64,000 bases of DNA from the NCBI GenBank assembly GCA_963705305.1, contig OY970067.1, positions 4,608,001 to 4,672,000 of the forward strand. The letters run 5' to 3'. The notes beneath the pieces are model-generated. The model worked only from the letters and a program-made list of their open reading frames with translations. It did not search any database and was not told where the DNA came from. The stretch comes from an uncultured Methylomirabilota bacterium (GTDB lineage Bacteria > Methylomirabilota > Methylomirabilia > Methylomirabilales > 2-02-FULL-66-22). This document shows, in pieces, positions 27,855 to 37,826 of this stretch; the first letter of the stretch is position 1; every line of letters begins with the position of its first letter. Both the position numbers and the translations under genes were made by a program.

Positions 27855-28358
27855 TCAAGGGCGATTCTCAGCCCGCCCTACCAGTTCCAGCCAGCGCGTA
27901 AGGATCTCCTCAGTCTTGGGGCCCAGGGTCGCTGCCATCGGGACGCAAAGGTAGAGGACGTCCGCTTCCGCCACGCACCTGGCCGAAACGAAGCCCGAGG
28001 CTCTCATCTGGGCCAGCGCGCCGGCGCTGCCCGGGCTTTCTGCTCCGCCCCAGTCGCCCTGAGTCTCCTCCAGGCGCGACCTGACGGTGAAGCGGTCGCC
28101 GGCGAGCACCTCGCCCGGGAAGGTCGCCCGCGCAACCTTCAGCAGGAGCGCGTTCATTCGGTACCCGCTCCTGATGGCCAGGAGAAACGACCCGGCCGAC
28201 ACCATCGTTTCCAGGACCAGCGAGGCCGGTACCTTGCACTCCGATCGGAACGTTCCTTGAAAATAATCCTCCGTCCGCGGGAAGCTTTTCTCCACCAGGA
28301 TCGTCCCCGCCCCATGGGCGTCGATCTCGAGGATGCGATCGCCGAAGTGATAATGCAT
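27855..28358 (-). CDS. FabZ-like hotdog protein lacking the catalytic His
   Basis: FGDRILEI, DYFQGTF...VPASLVLETM, VLAGD. Confidence 0.65.
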   Translation of the reverse strand: MHYHFGDRILEIDAHGAGTILVEKSFPRTEDYFQGTFRSECKVPASLVLETMVSAGSFLLAIRSGYRMNALLLKVARATFPGEVLAGDRFTVRSRLEETQGDWGGAESPGSAGALAQMRASGFVSARCVAEADVLYLCVPMAATLGPKTEEILTRWLELVGRAENRP

Positions 28359-28427
28359 TCGGGCTCGCTGGGGAGGCGGCAGCCGCCCACACGGACATCC
28401 GCCCCCAGACAATTCGCCGATTCGGGA

Positions 28428-28523
28428 TCACGCCGTTTTGGTGAACACCGCTTCGAGCCGTGCCGGCTTCCCCTCGAAGACCCGCCGCACCTCCGACACC
28501 TGGACGAGGTCCAGGCCGATCTG
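28428..28523 (-). pseudogene. acpS: Truncated holo-ACP synthase N-terminal fragment
   Basis: QIGLDLVQVSEVRRVFEGKPARLEAVFT then TGA; resembles the AcpS N-terminus, no AKEA motif follows. Confidence 0.5.
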
Positions 28524-28650
28524 CGGGTGGCAGGGCCGAACATCCCCCGCATTTCCCGACCGTCGCCTCGCTCCGCCCCAGAAATGGGGAGACGGCAGCC
28601 GCACGGGCAGAAGCGCAGCCAACCCGACGGACGCCGGAACGCCCGTCGAT

Positions 28651-29421
28651 TCATCCCGGGACAGGGATCCTCCAACCGGAGAAGCCATAGCTGGAATTGT
28701 CCGGATCGAAATCCCGACCCGGAAGGCCCGGATTGAGGTGCAGTCTGGAGTAGGTATAATCTTCGACGAGTCGGTCCTCCCAATCGTACACCACAACCCG
28801 AATGGGAAGACCGGTTTCCTCGTCGAACGAAAGAATGACTCGATAGCCGTAGTATCCGGCCCCCGCGTCCTTTGGCAGGATGCTTTCGATCGTATGGACG
28901 GGGCGCCCGCCTACCTCCCCTAACCCGCGGTCCAGCACCTGCAGGACATCGTTCCGAGCTGCCCGCCGGGCGTTCTCTCCGACGATCTCCAAGAGCCGTC
29001 CGATGCCGACATCGGTCACCGGATGCCGACTCTTCTCCATGACCCGCCGGTCCCCCGGCTCTAGGGCCGCCGTGAAGAAACGGCGCAGGACCCCCCGCGG
29101 CTCGTACACCAGGAATCTCCCGTCATAGGCCCCCCGCACGTAGAGACCTTCCCGACCCTTGCCGGGGCCATCGAGCCAGTGCATGTAGACCTTGAAGGGG
29201 CGCTGGAACTTCAGCAGAATTCTCTCCTCAGGAAGAAGGACGCCCTGGACGCGCTCGTGGCTGATCATAATGGCGGTGTAGTCATAGACGCCGGCGTAGC
29301 GTTGCTCGGCCCGTTCCAAGAGCTGCATGAGCTCGGCGGGGCCGGCCGCCAGGACCGGGGAGGCCACACCCAGGATCAGCGCACATACCGGGGCAAGGAT
29401 GCCCGTCCACAAGCGACACAT
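28651..29421 (-). CDS. Exported DUF1571-like protein
   Basis: Signal peptide; KFQRPFKVYMHW...GREGLYV, SRHPVTDVGIGRLL, LVEDYTY...FDPDN. Confidence 0.65.
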   Translation of the reverse strand: MCRLWTGILAPVCALILGVASPVLAAGPAELMQLLERAEQRYAGVYDYTAIMISHERVQGVLLPEERILLKFQRPFKVYMHWLDGPGKGREGLYVRGAYDGRFLVYEPRGVLRRFFTAALEPGDRRVMEKSRHPVTDVGIGRLLEIVGENARRAARNDVLQVLDRGLGEVGGRPVHTIESILPKDAGAGYYGYRVILSFDEETGLPIRVVVYDWEDRLVEDYTYSRLHLNPGLPGRDFDPDNSSYGFSGWRIPVPG

Positions 29422-29561
29422 GCATATTCCCCTGCATGACCGTGGCGTCACAGTCCGCAGGCGATCCGAGTAATCGGAACAGCGGCATTCAAAACTTGAA
29501 ATATACGCAAGAAGGGAGGACAAGTCCAGCCAAAACCCAGCCGGCTAGGCCGAGCGCTCAC

Positions 29562-30899
29562 TCATCCCCCCCCGGGGAAATCACGCTCGTCCACCAGGCG
29601 CCGCAGTTTTCGCCCCGTCCGCAGCGTCCCCGGCGCATACATGCGGACCTGGATTTCGCACATCCGTTGTTGGGTCTTGGCCCACAGCGCCGGGTACCGC
29701 TCGGATAGCTGCTGACGGATGCGGGCGCCGACCGCCTCGGCCGCGGCGCCTCCCCCTTCCCCCTCCAGCCGGAATTCGAATGCGGGCCTGAGACCCTCCT
29801 GCCGGAGGGCGACTTGCCACTCGTCTCCCACGCCTTCAGCCCCTCGGAGGAGATCCTCGAAAAAATCGGGGTGGACATCTCCCCACACGCACGCGATGAC
29901 CTCGTCGCTTCGACCGCGTATGGCCGACAGCCGGCGAAACGGCAGCCCGCACGAGCATCGCCCCGGGAGAAAACGGGCAACATCACGAGTCCGGTACCTG
30001 ATGAGGGGCATCACACGACGGGTGAGCGTGGTAAAAACGATCTCTCCGAATCCCTCCGCATCCGGGTTCAGCACCTCGATCGCGTAATCGTACTCGTTGA
30101 GGTGGTACCCGTCCTTGGCCGGACACTCCGCGCCCAGGCTGGCTCCCAGCTCGGTGCTGCCGTAGGTCATGTACAGGGGGGCCCGCCAGTATTCCTCTAT
30201 CATCCGGCGGAAGCGCTCGGTCACTCGCTCCGCCCCCGACGCGAAGGCTTTGAGGGGAGCCCGGACACCTCGCTCCATGGCGATCTCGGTGAACCGCGAG
30301 ATCCAAAATGGATCGGCAATGACGACGGTGAAACCGTACGCGCCCAGACGATCGACCGCCTCGCCGGGATCCACGAGTCCCGGGCACATGCCGAACAGCC
30401 CGCTCTGCGCCATGACTCGCTGGGTGTAGAGCCCCCCGAGCCCCCAGGCATAATCGAAGGCGCCCACGATCCGGTCCTGCGGACCGACCCCGATCATTCC
30501 CAGGAAGATCAGCCCCTGGCGCGCCACGTACTCGATCTCGGCGTGGGAGAAGTACACCCGGGTCACTCGGCCGGTCGTTCCGGAGCTCTCGAGGGCCATC
30601 TCCGGCCTGCCGCACAGCAGCGTCTCGGGGGGGGCTCCGCGGATCTCTTCCGGTGTGGTTTCGACGCCGGCGAGGTCGGCCAGACCCCTCACGGCTCGAG
30701 GCAGGATCCCGGCGGCCTTGAACTTCTCTCGATAGAACGGCGACCGGGCTCCCACCAGGCGGATCGTCCTGCGCAGCGACCCTCGCCGCAGCGCGTTCAT
30801 GACCGGCAGGGGCATCCGCCGCACCATCGACAGGAGCCTGGCGGGGGACCCCTTTCCGGCGCGCATCACGAGGGAGTTTGCAAGCCGTGCGATCGACAT
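29562..30899 (-). CDS. Phenylacetate-CoA ligase (PaaK)-family adenylating enzyme
   Basis: SSGTTG, YGSTE, GEIVFTTL, MPLIRYRTRD, GRSDE. Confidence 0.85.
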   Translation of the reverse strand: MSIARLANSLVMRAGKGSPARLLSMVRRMPLPVMNALRRGSLRRTIRLVGARSPFYREKFKAAGILPRAVRGLADLAGVETTPEEIRGAPPETLLCGRPEMALESSGTTGRVTRVYFSHAEIEYVARQGLIFLGMIGVGPQDRIVGAFDYAWGLGGLYTQRVMAQSGLFGMCPGLVDPGEAVDRLGAYGFTVVIADPFWISRFTEIAMERGVRAPLKAFASGAERVTERFRRMIEEYWRAPLYMTYGSTELGASLGAECPAKDGYHLNEYDYAIEVLNPDAEGFGEIVFTTLTRRVMPLIRYRTRDVARFLPGRCSCGLPFRRLSAIRGRSDEVIACVWGDVHPDFFEDLLRGAEGVGDEWQVALRQEGLRPAFEFRLEGEGGGAAAEAVGARIRQQLSERYPALWAKTQQRMCEIQVRMYAPGTLRTGRKLRRLVDERDFPGGG

Positions 30900-31085
30900 C
30901 AGCCGCACACCGCCTTCGTCCCGCTGGAGCGCCGTCCAAAGCAGGAGGAGAGCCGTCGCGAAACCGGGCTGATTCCCCGACAGGCAGGATGTTCCTGGGG
31001 CCAGCCGAAATTTCCGAGCGAGGGCGACCCCATCATTCACGAGCCCCGCGGCTGGCACCCGCCTCGCGCCCCCGCCCGGGTAATC

Positions 31086-33509
31086 TCAGTACTTGACCTG
31101 CAGGGCCGCCCCCCATGCCTTGCCATCCGCCAGGGGAACGATAGACACCGGCGAGTTGCGGCGCTCTTTGTTCAAATACACAACCGCCTTCCCCACCGCC
31201 GTCCCGATGGCCGCCGCCAGCAGGGCGTCCGACGCCCAGTGCTTGTCTTCATAGATCCGGGCCGCTCCCACTCCCCCAGCCAGGCCGTAGACCAGCGTGC
31301 TGACCCACGGATTGTCCGCGTGCTCGGCGATGACCGCGGCCGCCGTGAATGCCTCGGCGGTGTGGAAGGAGGGCATGGAGCCGCTGATGTTGAAGGGACG
31401 GTAATCCTGGGAGCCCCGCTCGTCTGCCGGCTGGCTGCGCCCGATCAGGAACTTCATCGGATATACGAGCATCGCGTTGGTGAGGATACTGGCCTCTAGG
31501 CCATCTGCAGCCTGCTGCTTCGCCTCCTGGTCGTGGAAGGCCTCGCCCGCCACGTACGAGCCGACCAGTCCCACCGCCGGCGCGATGAGTGCGAAGTTCG
31601 TCCAGGCGTTCGCCACTCGGTCCCCTGTGCGGCTCCGGTTGTCTTGCGCGAAGTCCCGGATGTCATGATCCAGCAGCATGGCCCCGCCCGTGGCGGCGGC
31701 CACGCCGCCGGCGATGAGCCAGTCCTTGCCGTCCCACCGGAGGGGGGACGTTGCGATATCCCATCCGTCTCCGATGACCTTGCCGGCGTATCTCCACGAA
31801 AGAATCTCGTCCGGATCCGAGGATTTCGGCGGCGGGGCCAACGGAGGCAGCGACCCCGGCGGGAGGGTGGCCCGCTCTCCGGCCCCGTAGGAGCGGTCGA
31901 AGGTGTAGGTGGCCTCGACGGTTTGCACAAAGTTGGGGCCGCTGTTTCCCACGACAAAATCCCGGTTCTCGTCATATTCGAATCGCGTTCCGAATCGGAA
32001 GCTGAGGTTGTCCGAGTATTTGTAGGACAGGTCGCCGGCGACGTAGCGTGAAAACTCTCGAATGGGTTTATTGTAGGGACCCGCGTTCGTCGCGCCGATC
32101 CTCGCCAGATCGACCTCCAGGCCTGCCTCGAGGTCCTTGTCGAGCTTGTGCGTCAGGCGGAAGAACAAATCTTGACCCGCCGTGCCTTCAAAGGTGGAGA
32201 TCACCTGACCGTACCGCTCGTACCCGTCGCGCCAGACACTGTGTGTGAAGTTGATATCCGAGGTGCTGCTGGCCTCGAACCGGAAGGTCGTGTCCGGGGA
32301 CAGGAACAGGTTCGGCAGGTAGAGTCCGACTGTCGCGACAGGCTTGATGGGGATAATGGGCGAGCCGCAGCAGGTGTCGTCCCATCCGCCATCGATGTAG
32401 ATCTCGGCGTCCCGGGTGAGGGGTAGGTATTTCCCGATATCGGCCAACCGGATGGCGGCGTCCAGCTCGAACCGGTTGTCCGATTGAAATTTGGGCTCTA
32501 TGCCCGTGTGATTGCCTTCAAACCACATCCTGGGATAATCGTACCACGCCGGCCCGGGATACCCAGTTCCATCGAAGATGATCGTCCGCGCCAACCCGAC
32601 CTCCAGCCACTGGAGGGGGACCAGATCCACCCGCCCGCCCGTGATCTTGCTGCGGGGGTAGAATTCCCGCTCGCTCTCCAGCTGGCCGAGAAACAACTGG
32701 GCCTTGAGGGGTCCCAGCTCGCGGAATACCCAGGGCAGCGTGAGCTGGTTGGCAGTCTGGAGGCGCACCATGTCCAGGCCCAGGGCATTGTTCGAGAGGA
32801 GCATCGAGCCGTGGTACGCGGGGCCCCACCACATGGACTCGCGCCCCACGACAAGCTCGACCGGACCGCCGCGGGCCTTGGCGTACCCTTCGATCAGCTG
32901 GCCGCGGTCGGTGTCCCGCCCGATCTGGTACTCCGGCTGGGCGTACGCCGCGAACACGCCGCCCGCCTCCAGCCAGGCGTCACCGGTGACCCGCCCATTC
33001 AGCCCCTTATCCAGCCGCTCCCCGTTGCTATTCGCCAAATTGGTCGCTGCATTGCTGGCATAGGCACCGCGGATCTGAAGGTGGTTCAGGGGGTTGATCT
33101 CGAACAATCGCGGCGCCTTCCCGTTGATCCCGTAGCCAGTCAGGCCTAGCGCTTTGAGCTCCGGCGAGAATTCGTTCATCAGGTCCAGCAGGATTTCCTG
33201 GAGGTCGTACCGGTGGTCGAACTCCGATACCTGATTGTTCTGGATCCGCTGGACGACATCCGCAATGATCAGGGCCATCTCCCGCCTGGACATCGGCTTG
33301 ATATTCAGGACGACCGGGCCGGTGATCCCGGATAGAACCAGCTTGTGCAAGGCATCGTATGTCCAGTCCCAGTTCTCCGCGAAGCCCGTCCACGGGGTGA
33401 GCGGGACATCGCGGATGCTCACGTTGGCGGCCTCTGCCGCGGCGGCGGCCAGCAGCAGGCACGCCGATACGACGGCGGCGGCACCACGCACGAGCCGGGG
33501 CACGGGCAT
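31086..33509 (-). CDS. Wzi-family capsule assembly beta-barrel fused to a C-terminal PAP2 phosphatase domain
   Basis: Signal peptide; GRESMWWGP...SMLLSNNA (Wzi); Pro-rich linker; KFLIGRSQP, PSFH, ARIYEDKHWASD (PAP2). Confidence 0.8.
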   Translation of the reverse strand: MPVPRLVRGAAAVVSACLLLAAAAAEAANVSIRDVPLTPWTGFAENWDWTYDALHKLVLSGITGPVVLNIKPMSRREMALIIADVVQRIQNNQVSEFDHRYDLQEILLDLMNEFSPELKALGLTGYGINGKAPRLFEINPLNHLQIRGAYASNAATNLANSNGERLDKGLNGRVTGDAWLEAGGVFAAYAQPEYQIGRDTDRGQLIEGYAKARGGPVELVVGRESMWWGPAYHGSMLLSNNALGLDMVRLQTANQLTLPWVFRELGPLKAQLFLGQLESEREFYPRSKITGGRVDLVPLQWLEVGLARTIIFDGTGYPGPAWYDYPRMWFEGNHTGIEPKFQSDNRFELDAAIRLADIGKYLPLTRDAEIYIDGGWDDTCCGSPIIPIKPVATVGLYLPNLFLSPDTTFRFEASSTSDINFTHSVWRDGYERYGQVISTFEGTAGQDLFFRLTHKLDKDLEAGLEVDLARIGATNAGPYNKPIREFSRYVAGDLSYKYSDNLSFRFGTRFEYDENRDFVVGNSGPNFVQTVEATYTFDRSYGAGERATLPPGSLPPLAPPPKSSDPDEILSWRYAGKVIGDGWDIATSPLRWDGKDWLIAGGVAAATGGAMLLDHDIRDFAQDNRSRTGDRVANAWTNFALIAPAVGLVGSYVAGEAFHDQEAKQQAADGLEASILTNAMLVYPMKFLIGRSQPADERGSQDYRPFNISGSMPSFHTAEAFTAAAVIAEHADNPWVSTLVYGLAGGVGAARIYEDKHWASDALLAAAIGTAVGKAVVYLNKERRNSPVSIVPLADGKAWGAALQVKY

Positions 33510-33698
33510 CCTGATTCTAGGCGCTGGTCCCAATCGATACCTCAGGTCGGAAGAGGATCTGAACAGCTGCACGCACAGGCTGCCGCAGGAATCCCGGCGG
33601 CCTTCCTGCGGCACTGCCTGAGTGGGACAGATCCGGCTCCTCTCGCGCCCCCGCCATGATTTCACTCACAGGGGCGGAAGGGGTCGGTGACAAGACGC

Positions 33699-36236
33699 TT
33701 ACCTCAGCAGTCCCGCAATTACACCGAATGGAATGGCGATGTTCCCGACGATGGTTGCCATGTCTTTCCACAAGGTGAACGGGCTGATCTTCGCCTCCGT
33801 GGAGAGCGGGACGATGATGGCGTCCCCGGCCTCGACCTTTCGCATCTTGACGAAGCTGGCGATGGCGGTTCCATCCGGCTGGAGGATGTACGACTGCTCG
33901 GCGTCCGCCTGGCGCGTGAATCCGCCTACCTTGCCGATGTAGTACTCGATGTTCTCGCCAGGCTTGTAGAAGATCGAGGTGCTGTTGCGCACCGCTCCGA
34001 TGACCAGGACGGACGACGGCTGGGGGGGGACAAGGAGCACATCCCCATTCTCAAGAGAGATGTCATTAGGTGTTCCCTTGAGCTGCTCGGGTTGCTCCAG
34101 GTGAATCGTGATCCGACCAACCGTGATGGCACTTGTGATCGACCTGACCAGCTCCTGCCGCTGCGCGGTGACCGCAGCCTGCGCACCGGCTGCCTCGGGG
34201 GTCCCGGCCTCCACCGCGCCCGCCGCCACCGCGGCCGATTCCGCGAGCACCGCCTGCGCCTGGGTTCGGGCGAATCGGTCCACCTGCTCCCGCTCTCTTT
34301 GCCGGAGGGCCTCGCGGGTGAACACGGCACCCTTCAGGAACGCATCAGGCAGGAAGCCGCCCGCGCGCTCGATCACGCTGCTCAAAAGCTCTCCCTTGGT
34401 GATCGAATACACTCCCGGGCGCCTCACCTCGCCGCTCAGTGTGACCGTCTCGGGACCCAGGACCTCTGACTTCACGCTGATCTTGTCCTGCGGCTCGAGG
34501 AGAATATCGTGGGTAGGATCGGGCTTCCCTCCTACGCCCCACAGCTCGTGCAGATTGACGGCAAGCACCTCCCGTGAGAAATCCGGACGAATCCGCACCA
34601 CCTCCACCCGGTTCTTGTACGCCTCGGGAAGGACCGTCTCCGGCTTGAGGAGATCGCTCAGTCGCATGCCGGGTTTCCACTCGTACTGGCCCGGCGTCCG
34701 CACGAACCCTTCCAACGTGACCACATTGCGCAGCAGATCCTGGGCCTGGAACACCGTGACCAGGTCGCCGTCCTGAAGCAATTCCGCCGAACCCGCCCCG
34801 ACGGCAGTGGCGAAGGGCACATCCAGAATTGTCTTGCCGGACGAGCCTTGCACTCGCTCCACCTGAATGCGATCGAGCTGCGCGGTTGGGAGGGGGCCGC
34901 CGGCCATGGCCAACAATGCGCCGACGGTGGTCCCCGGCCGCAGCTCATAGATCCCGGGCCGCTTGACCTCGCCGGCAATTCCCGCCACGGCTCCAATGGG
35001 GGGAACGAAAATTGTGTCCCCAGTCTGGAGCGTGGGACCGACGGTACGGATCCCCCGCAGGAGAAAGTCGTACAGGTCCACCTCTCCTACAACCTGGCCA
35101 TTCCGCGTCACCCGGATCGCCCGGAGGGTTCCCATCTTGGCCGGACCCCCCGCGGCAAAGAGGGCATCCAGCACCGTGGAGAACGGACTCACGTTGTACG
35201 TGCCTGGCCTGGCCACCTCGCCAATGACATACACCGCAATGGTCCGCAACTCCCCCAGCGCCAGTCGAATCTCAAAGCCCGAAAAATACCGGGCCATCTT
35301 GGTCCGCAGCACCTCCTGAGCCTGCGCCAGGGTGAGCCCGTTGACGGGCACCGAACCCACTCGCGGGACGAACACGGAACCGGTGCGATCCACCATCAGG
35401 GTGGTCGAATCGAAGAGCGCGGTGCCAGGGATGTTCCAGACATACAGAATCAGGCTGTCTCCCGGCCCCAGGCGGTAGTCCGAATTCACCGGGAGATTCG
35501 ACGCCGGAAGCAGCGTCGGCAACATGGCCCGGAAGCTTTCGTACCCGAACTGTGTGAGATCGCGGGAAACAGGAGGATTCCCCGGAGCCGCACGCCGGAC
35601 GCTCCCGGAAGGGGGGGGCGGCGGCGGCTGAAGGAAGGCCCGTTCCAGCGGGGATCGCGGAGCCGCCTGAGGGGCTAGGAGGGTCGACGTGTCGAAGATG
35701 AAGGCGGAAGAGGTCGTGGCCAGATTACCGTTTGCGTTCTTGATGGTCGCGACGATGATATTTTGCCCTTGCACGAGGACAGATTGAGATTGCGCTCCGG
35801 CCCCAAGGGTCACCCCTCCCGTCCGAGGAGACTGGGGATTCCACGTGGCCGAATTTGCAGAGACCTGGAATTCCTGCGTCCGATCCGTCCCATTGATGAG
35901 CACCTGGAGGGTGTGGAGATCCAGTTCGCCCCGGGGATCTTGGAAGTTGATCGTGACCGTCATATCCTGCCGTGTCACGATCGCGCCGTTGCGAGGCTCA
36001 ACGATTGTGATGTTGGGGAAGGCCCAGGGCTCCCGGATTGTCCGCGGCGCTACCTGCTGGGGGCCCGTCGTCGGTTCCGTAGTCGGCTCGGTAGTTGGTG
36101 TAAGAGCCGTCCCCCCCGACGGGATCTGGGCCATGACGGGGGCCGGAATGCCCATGAGGAGTGCCAGAAACCCCACCAGGAACGCGCGCGCTCGTCTCTG
36201 CCAGCCGGTACGCCCAGATTGCCAACGCCGCATCAT
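33699..36236 (-). CDS. Polysaccharide export protein with multiple SLBB domains (Wza/KpsD-like)
   Basis: DYRLGPGD, repeated GEVxRPGxY SLBB units, ALFAAGG, DLYDFLL. Confidence 0.85.
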   Translation of the reverse strand: MMRRWQSGRTGWQRRARAFLVGFLALLMGIPAPVMAQIPSGGTALTPTTEPTTEPTTGPQQVAPRTIREPWAFPNITIVEPRNGAIVTRQDMTVTINFQDPRGELDLHTLQVLINGTDRTQEFQVSANSATWNPQSPRTGGVTLGAGAQSQSVLVQGQNIIVATIKNANGNLATTSSAFIFDTSTLLAPQAAPRSPLERAFLQPPPPPPSGSVRRAAPGNPPVSRDLTQFGYESFRAMLPTLLPASNLPVNSDYRLGPGDSLILYVWNIPGTALFDSTTLMVDRTGSVFVPRVGSVPVNGLTLAQAQEVLRTKMARYFSGFEIRLALGELRTIAVYVIGEVARPGTYNVSPFSTVLDALFAAGGPAKMGTLRAIRVTRNGQVVGEVDLYDFLLRGIRTVGPTLQTGDTIFVPPIGAVAGIAGEVKRPGIYELRPGTTVGALLAMAGGPLPTAQLDRIQVERVQGSSGKTILDVPFATAVGAGSAELLQDGDLVTVFQAQDLLRNVVTLEGFVRTPGQYEWKPGMRLSDLLKPETVLPEAYKNRVEVVRIRPDFSREVLAVNLHELWGVGGKPDPTHDILLEPQDKISVKSEVLGPETVTLSGEVRRPGVYSITKGELLSSVIERAGGFLPDAFLKGAVFTREALRQREREQVDRFARTQAQAVLAESAAVAAGAVEAGTPEAAGAQAAVTAQRQELVRSITSAITVGRITIHLEQPEQLKGTPNDISLENGDVLLVPPQPSSVLVIGAVRNSTSIFYKPGENIEYYIGKVGGFTRQADAEQSYILQPDGTAIASFVKMRKVEAGDAIIVPLSTEAKISPFTLWKDMATIVGNIAIPFGVIAGLLR

Positions 36237-36329
36237 AGAACCCCTCGCTCGGTCGTCAAGCCACAGTGGCCCCAGAAACCCTCAGGAAATCTCGGCAGAC
36301 CAATCACACTGACGGAATGGGTAGCCCGC

Positions 36330-36358
36330 AATCTATCGAAATCATCACTCCGCGTCAA
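36330..36358 (-). promoter_or_regulatory. Putative sigma-70 promoter of the wza-like gene
   Basis: Minus strand TTGACG-N17-TAGATT. Confidence 0.5.
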
Positions 36359-36457
36359 TCATCACTTTCAAAACTTTCAAATGGGAGATATCAACGGAAC
36401 TTTCAGAACTGAGAAATCCGGATGGATTCTGTCGATAAGGCCGGCACGATCGATGAC

Positions 36458-37651
36458 TCAAAAGGTCTTGAGATGCGCGAGGAACGCATCGTAGTTTCGC
36501 CGCATTTCCCCCAGGCTGTCTCCCGCGAACTTCTCGATCAACGCCCGGGCCATCTCGAAGGCCACCACCGCCTCCCCCACCACCCCGGCGGCGGGGACCG
36601 CGGTGATGTCCGTCCGCTCTACGCCCGCCTTGCTGGCCTCCTTGGTGATCACATCCACCGACGCCAGCGGCTTGAGTTGGGTGGAAATAGGCTTCATGGC
36701 GGCTCGGACGACGATCGGCTGCCCGGTGGTCATTCCACCTTCCAGGCCCCCACCAAAGTTCGTCTGGCGGTGAAAGCCTTCGCGCCCACCGCCCGCCCCG
36801 GGCGCGGCGTAAAATATCTCATCCTGGACTTCCGAGCCGAATCGGCCCGCCGTTTCAAACCCCAGCCCGATCTCCACACCCTTGATCGCCTGGATGCTCA
36901 TCAAGGCCTGGGCCAGACGGCCGTCCAGGCGACGATCCCAATGCACATAGCTTCCCAGGCCCACCGGTGGATCCGTCACCAGGACCTCGAACACGCCCCC
37001 CAGTGAGGTCCCGCGGGCCCGGGCCTCGTCGATTTTGGCCATGATCTCCCGCGTGGCGACGGGATCGGCGCAACGAAGGGGAGACTCTTCGGCCTGCGAG
37101 CGGATGTCGGCCGCCGTGAGGCCCTCCGTCCCCGCCCGGATGCCTCCCATGGCCACCACATGGCTGATGACGTGCATCCCGAATTCCCGGAGGAGGCACT
37201 TGCAGACCGCCCCCACTGCCACTCGGGCGGCCGTCTCCCGCGCCGAGGCGCGCTCCAGGACATTGCGGAGGTCCCGATGGTCGTACTTGAGGCCGCCAGC
37301 CAGGTCCGCATGGCCGGGCCGAGGACGGGTCATGGGCGGCCGCTCGGCCGCTGCCTGGGCGGCCTCGGCCTCCGCCGCCATGGTGATCTTCCAATTCTCC
37401 CAGTCCCGGTTCTGGATCAGCAGGCTGATGGGACTCCCCAGCGTCTTACCGTGGCGGATGCCGCCCAGGATCTGCGCCACGTCCTTCTCGATCTTCATCC
37501 GGCCGCCCCGGCCGTACCCGCCCATGCGTCGCGTCAAATCCAGGTTGATATCGGCCGCCTCCACCGGGACGTTCGAGGGCATCCCTTCCAGAATCGCCAC
37601 CAGGGCCGGGCCGTGGGACTCCCCTGCCGTCAGATACCGGAGCATCTGCAT
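36458..37651 (-). CDS. aroC: Chorismate synthase
   Basis: TAGESHG, RPRPGHAD, ERASARETA, MKPIST. Confidence 0.97.
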   Translation of the reverse strand: MQMLRYLTAGESHGPALVAILEGMPSNVPVEAADINLDLTRRMGGYGRGGRMKIEKDVAQILGGIRHGKTLGSPISLLIQNRDWENWKITMAAEAEAAQAAAERPPMTRPRPGHADLAGGLKYDHRDLRNVLERASARETAARVAVGAVCKCLLREFGMHVISHVVAMGGIRAGTEGLTAADIRSQAEESPLRCADPVATREIMAKIDEARARGTSLGGVFEVLVTDPPVGLGSYVHWDRRLDGRLAQALMSIQAIKGVEIGLGFETAGRFGSEVQDEIFYAAPGAGGGREGFHRQTNFGGGLEGGMTTGQPIVVRAAMKPISTQLKPLASVDVITKEASKAGVERTDITAVPAAGVVGEAVVAFEMARALIEKFAGDSLGEMRRNYDAFLAHLKTF

Positions 37652-37764
37652 TCCCTCGCTCGCGAGCCCTCTATAGGCCGCGTTTCGTCCTCTCCAAGGA
37701 CCCCTGCGTCACGCCAGCATGCGCAAGAATGCCAGATCATACCGCGGCAGCCTGCCTCCCAGAA

Positions 37765-37799
37765 AGGGAAAACGCACCCTGGCGGGTGCGTTTTTCCCT
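37765..37799. terminator. Intrinsic terminator-like hairpin after pilQ
   Basis: AGGGAAAACGCACCC-TGGC-GGGTGCGTTTTTCCCT. Confidence 0.6.
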
Positions 37800-37826
37800 C
37801 AGTGAAGCCCTGGTTTTCCCCGGTGG

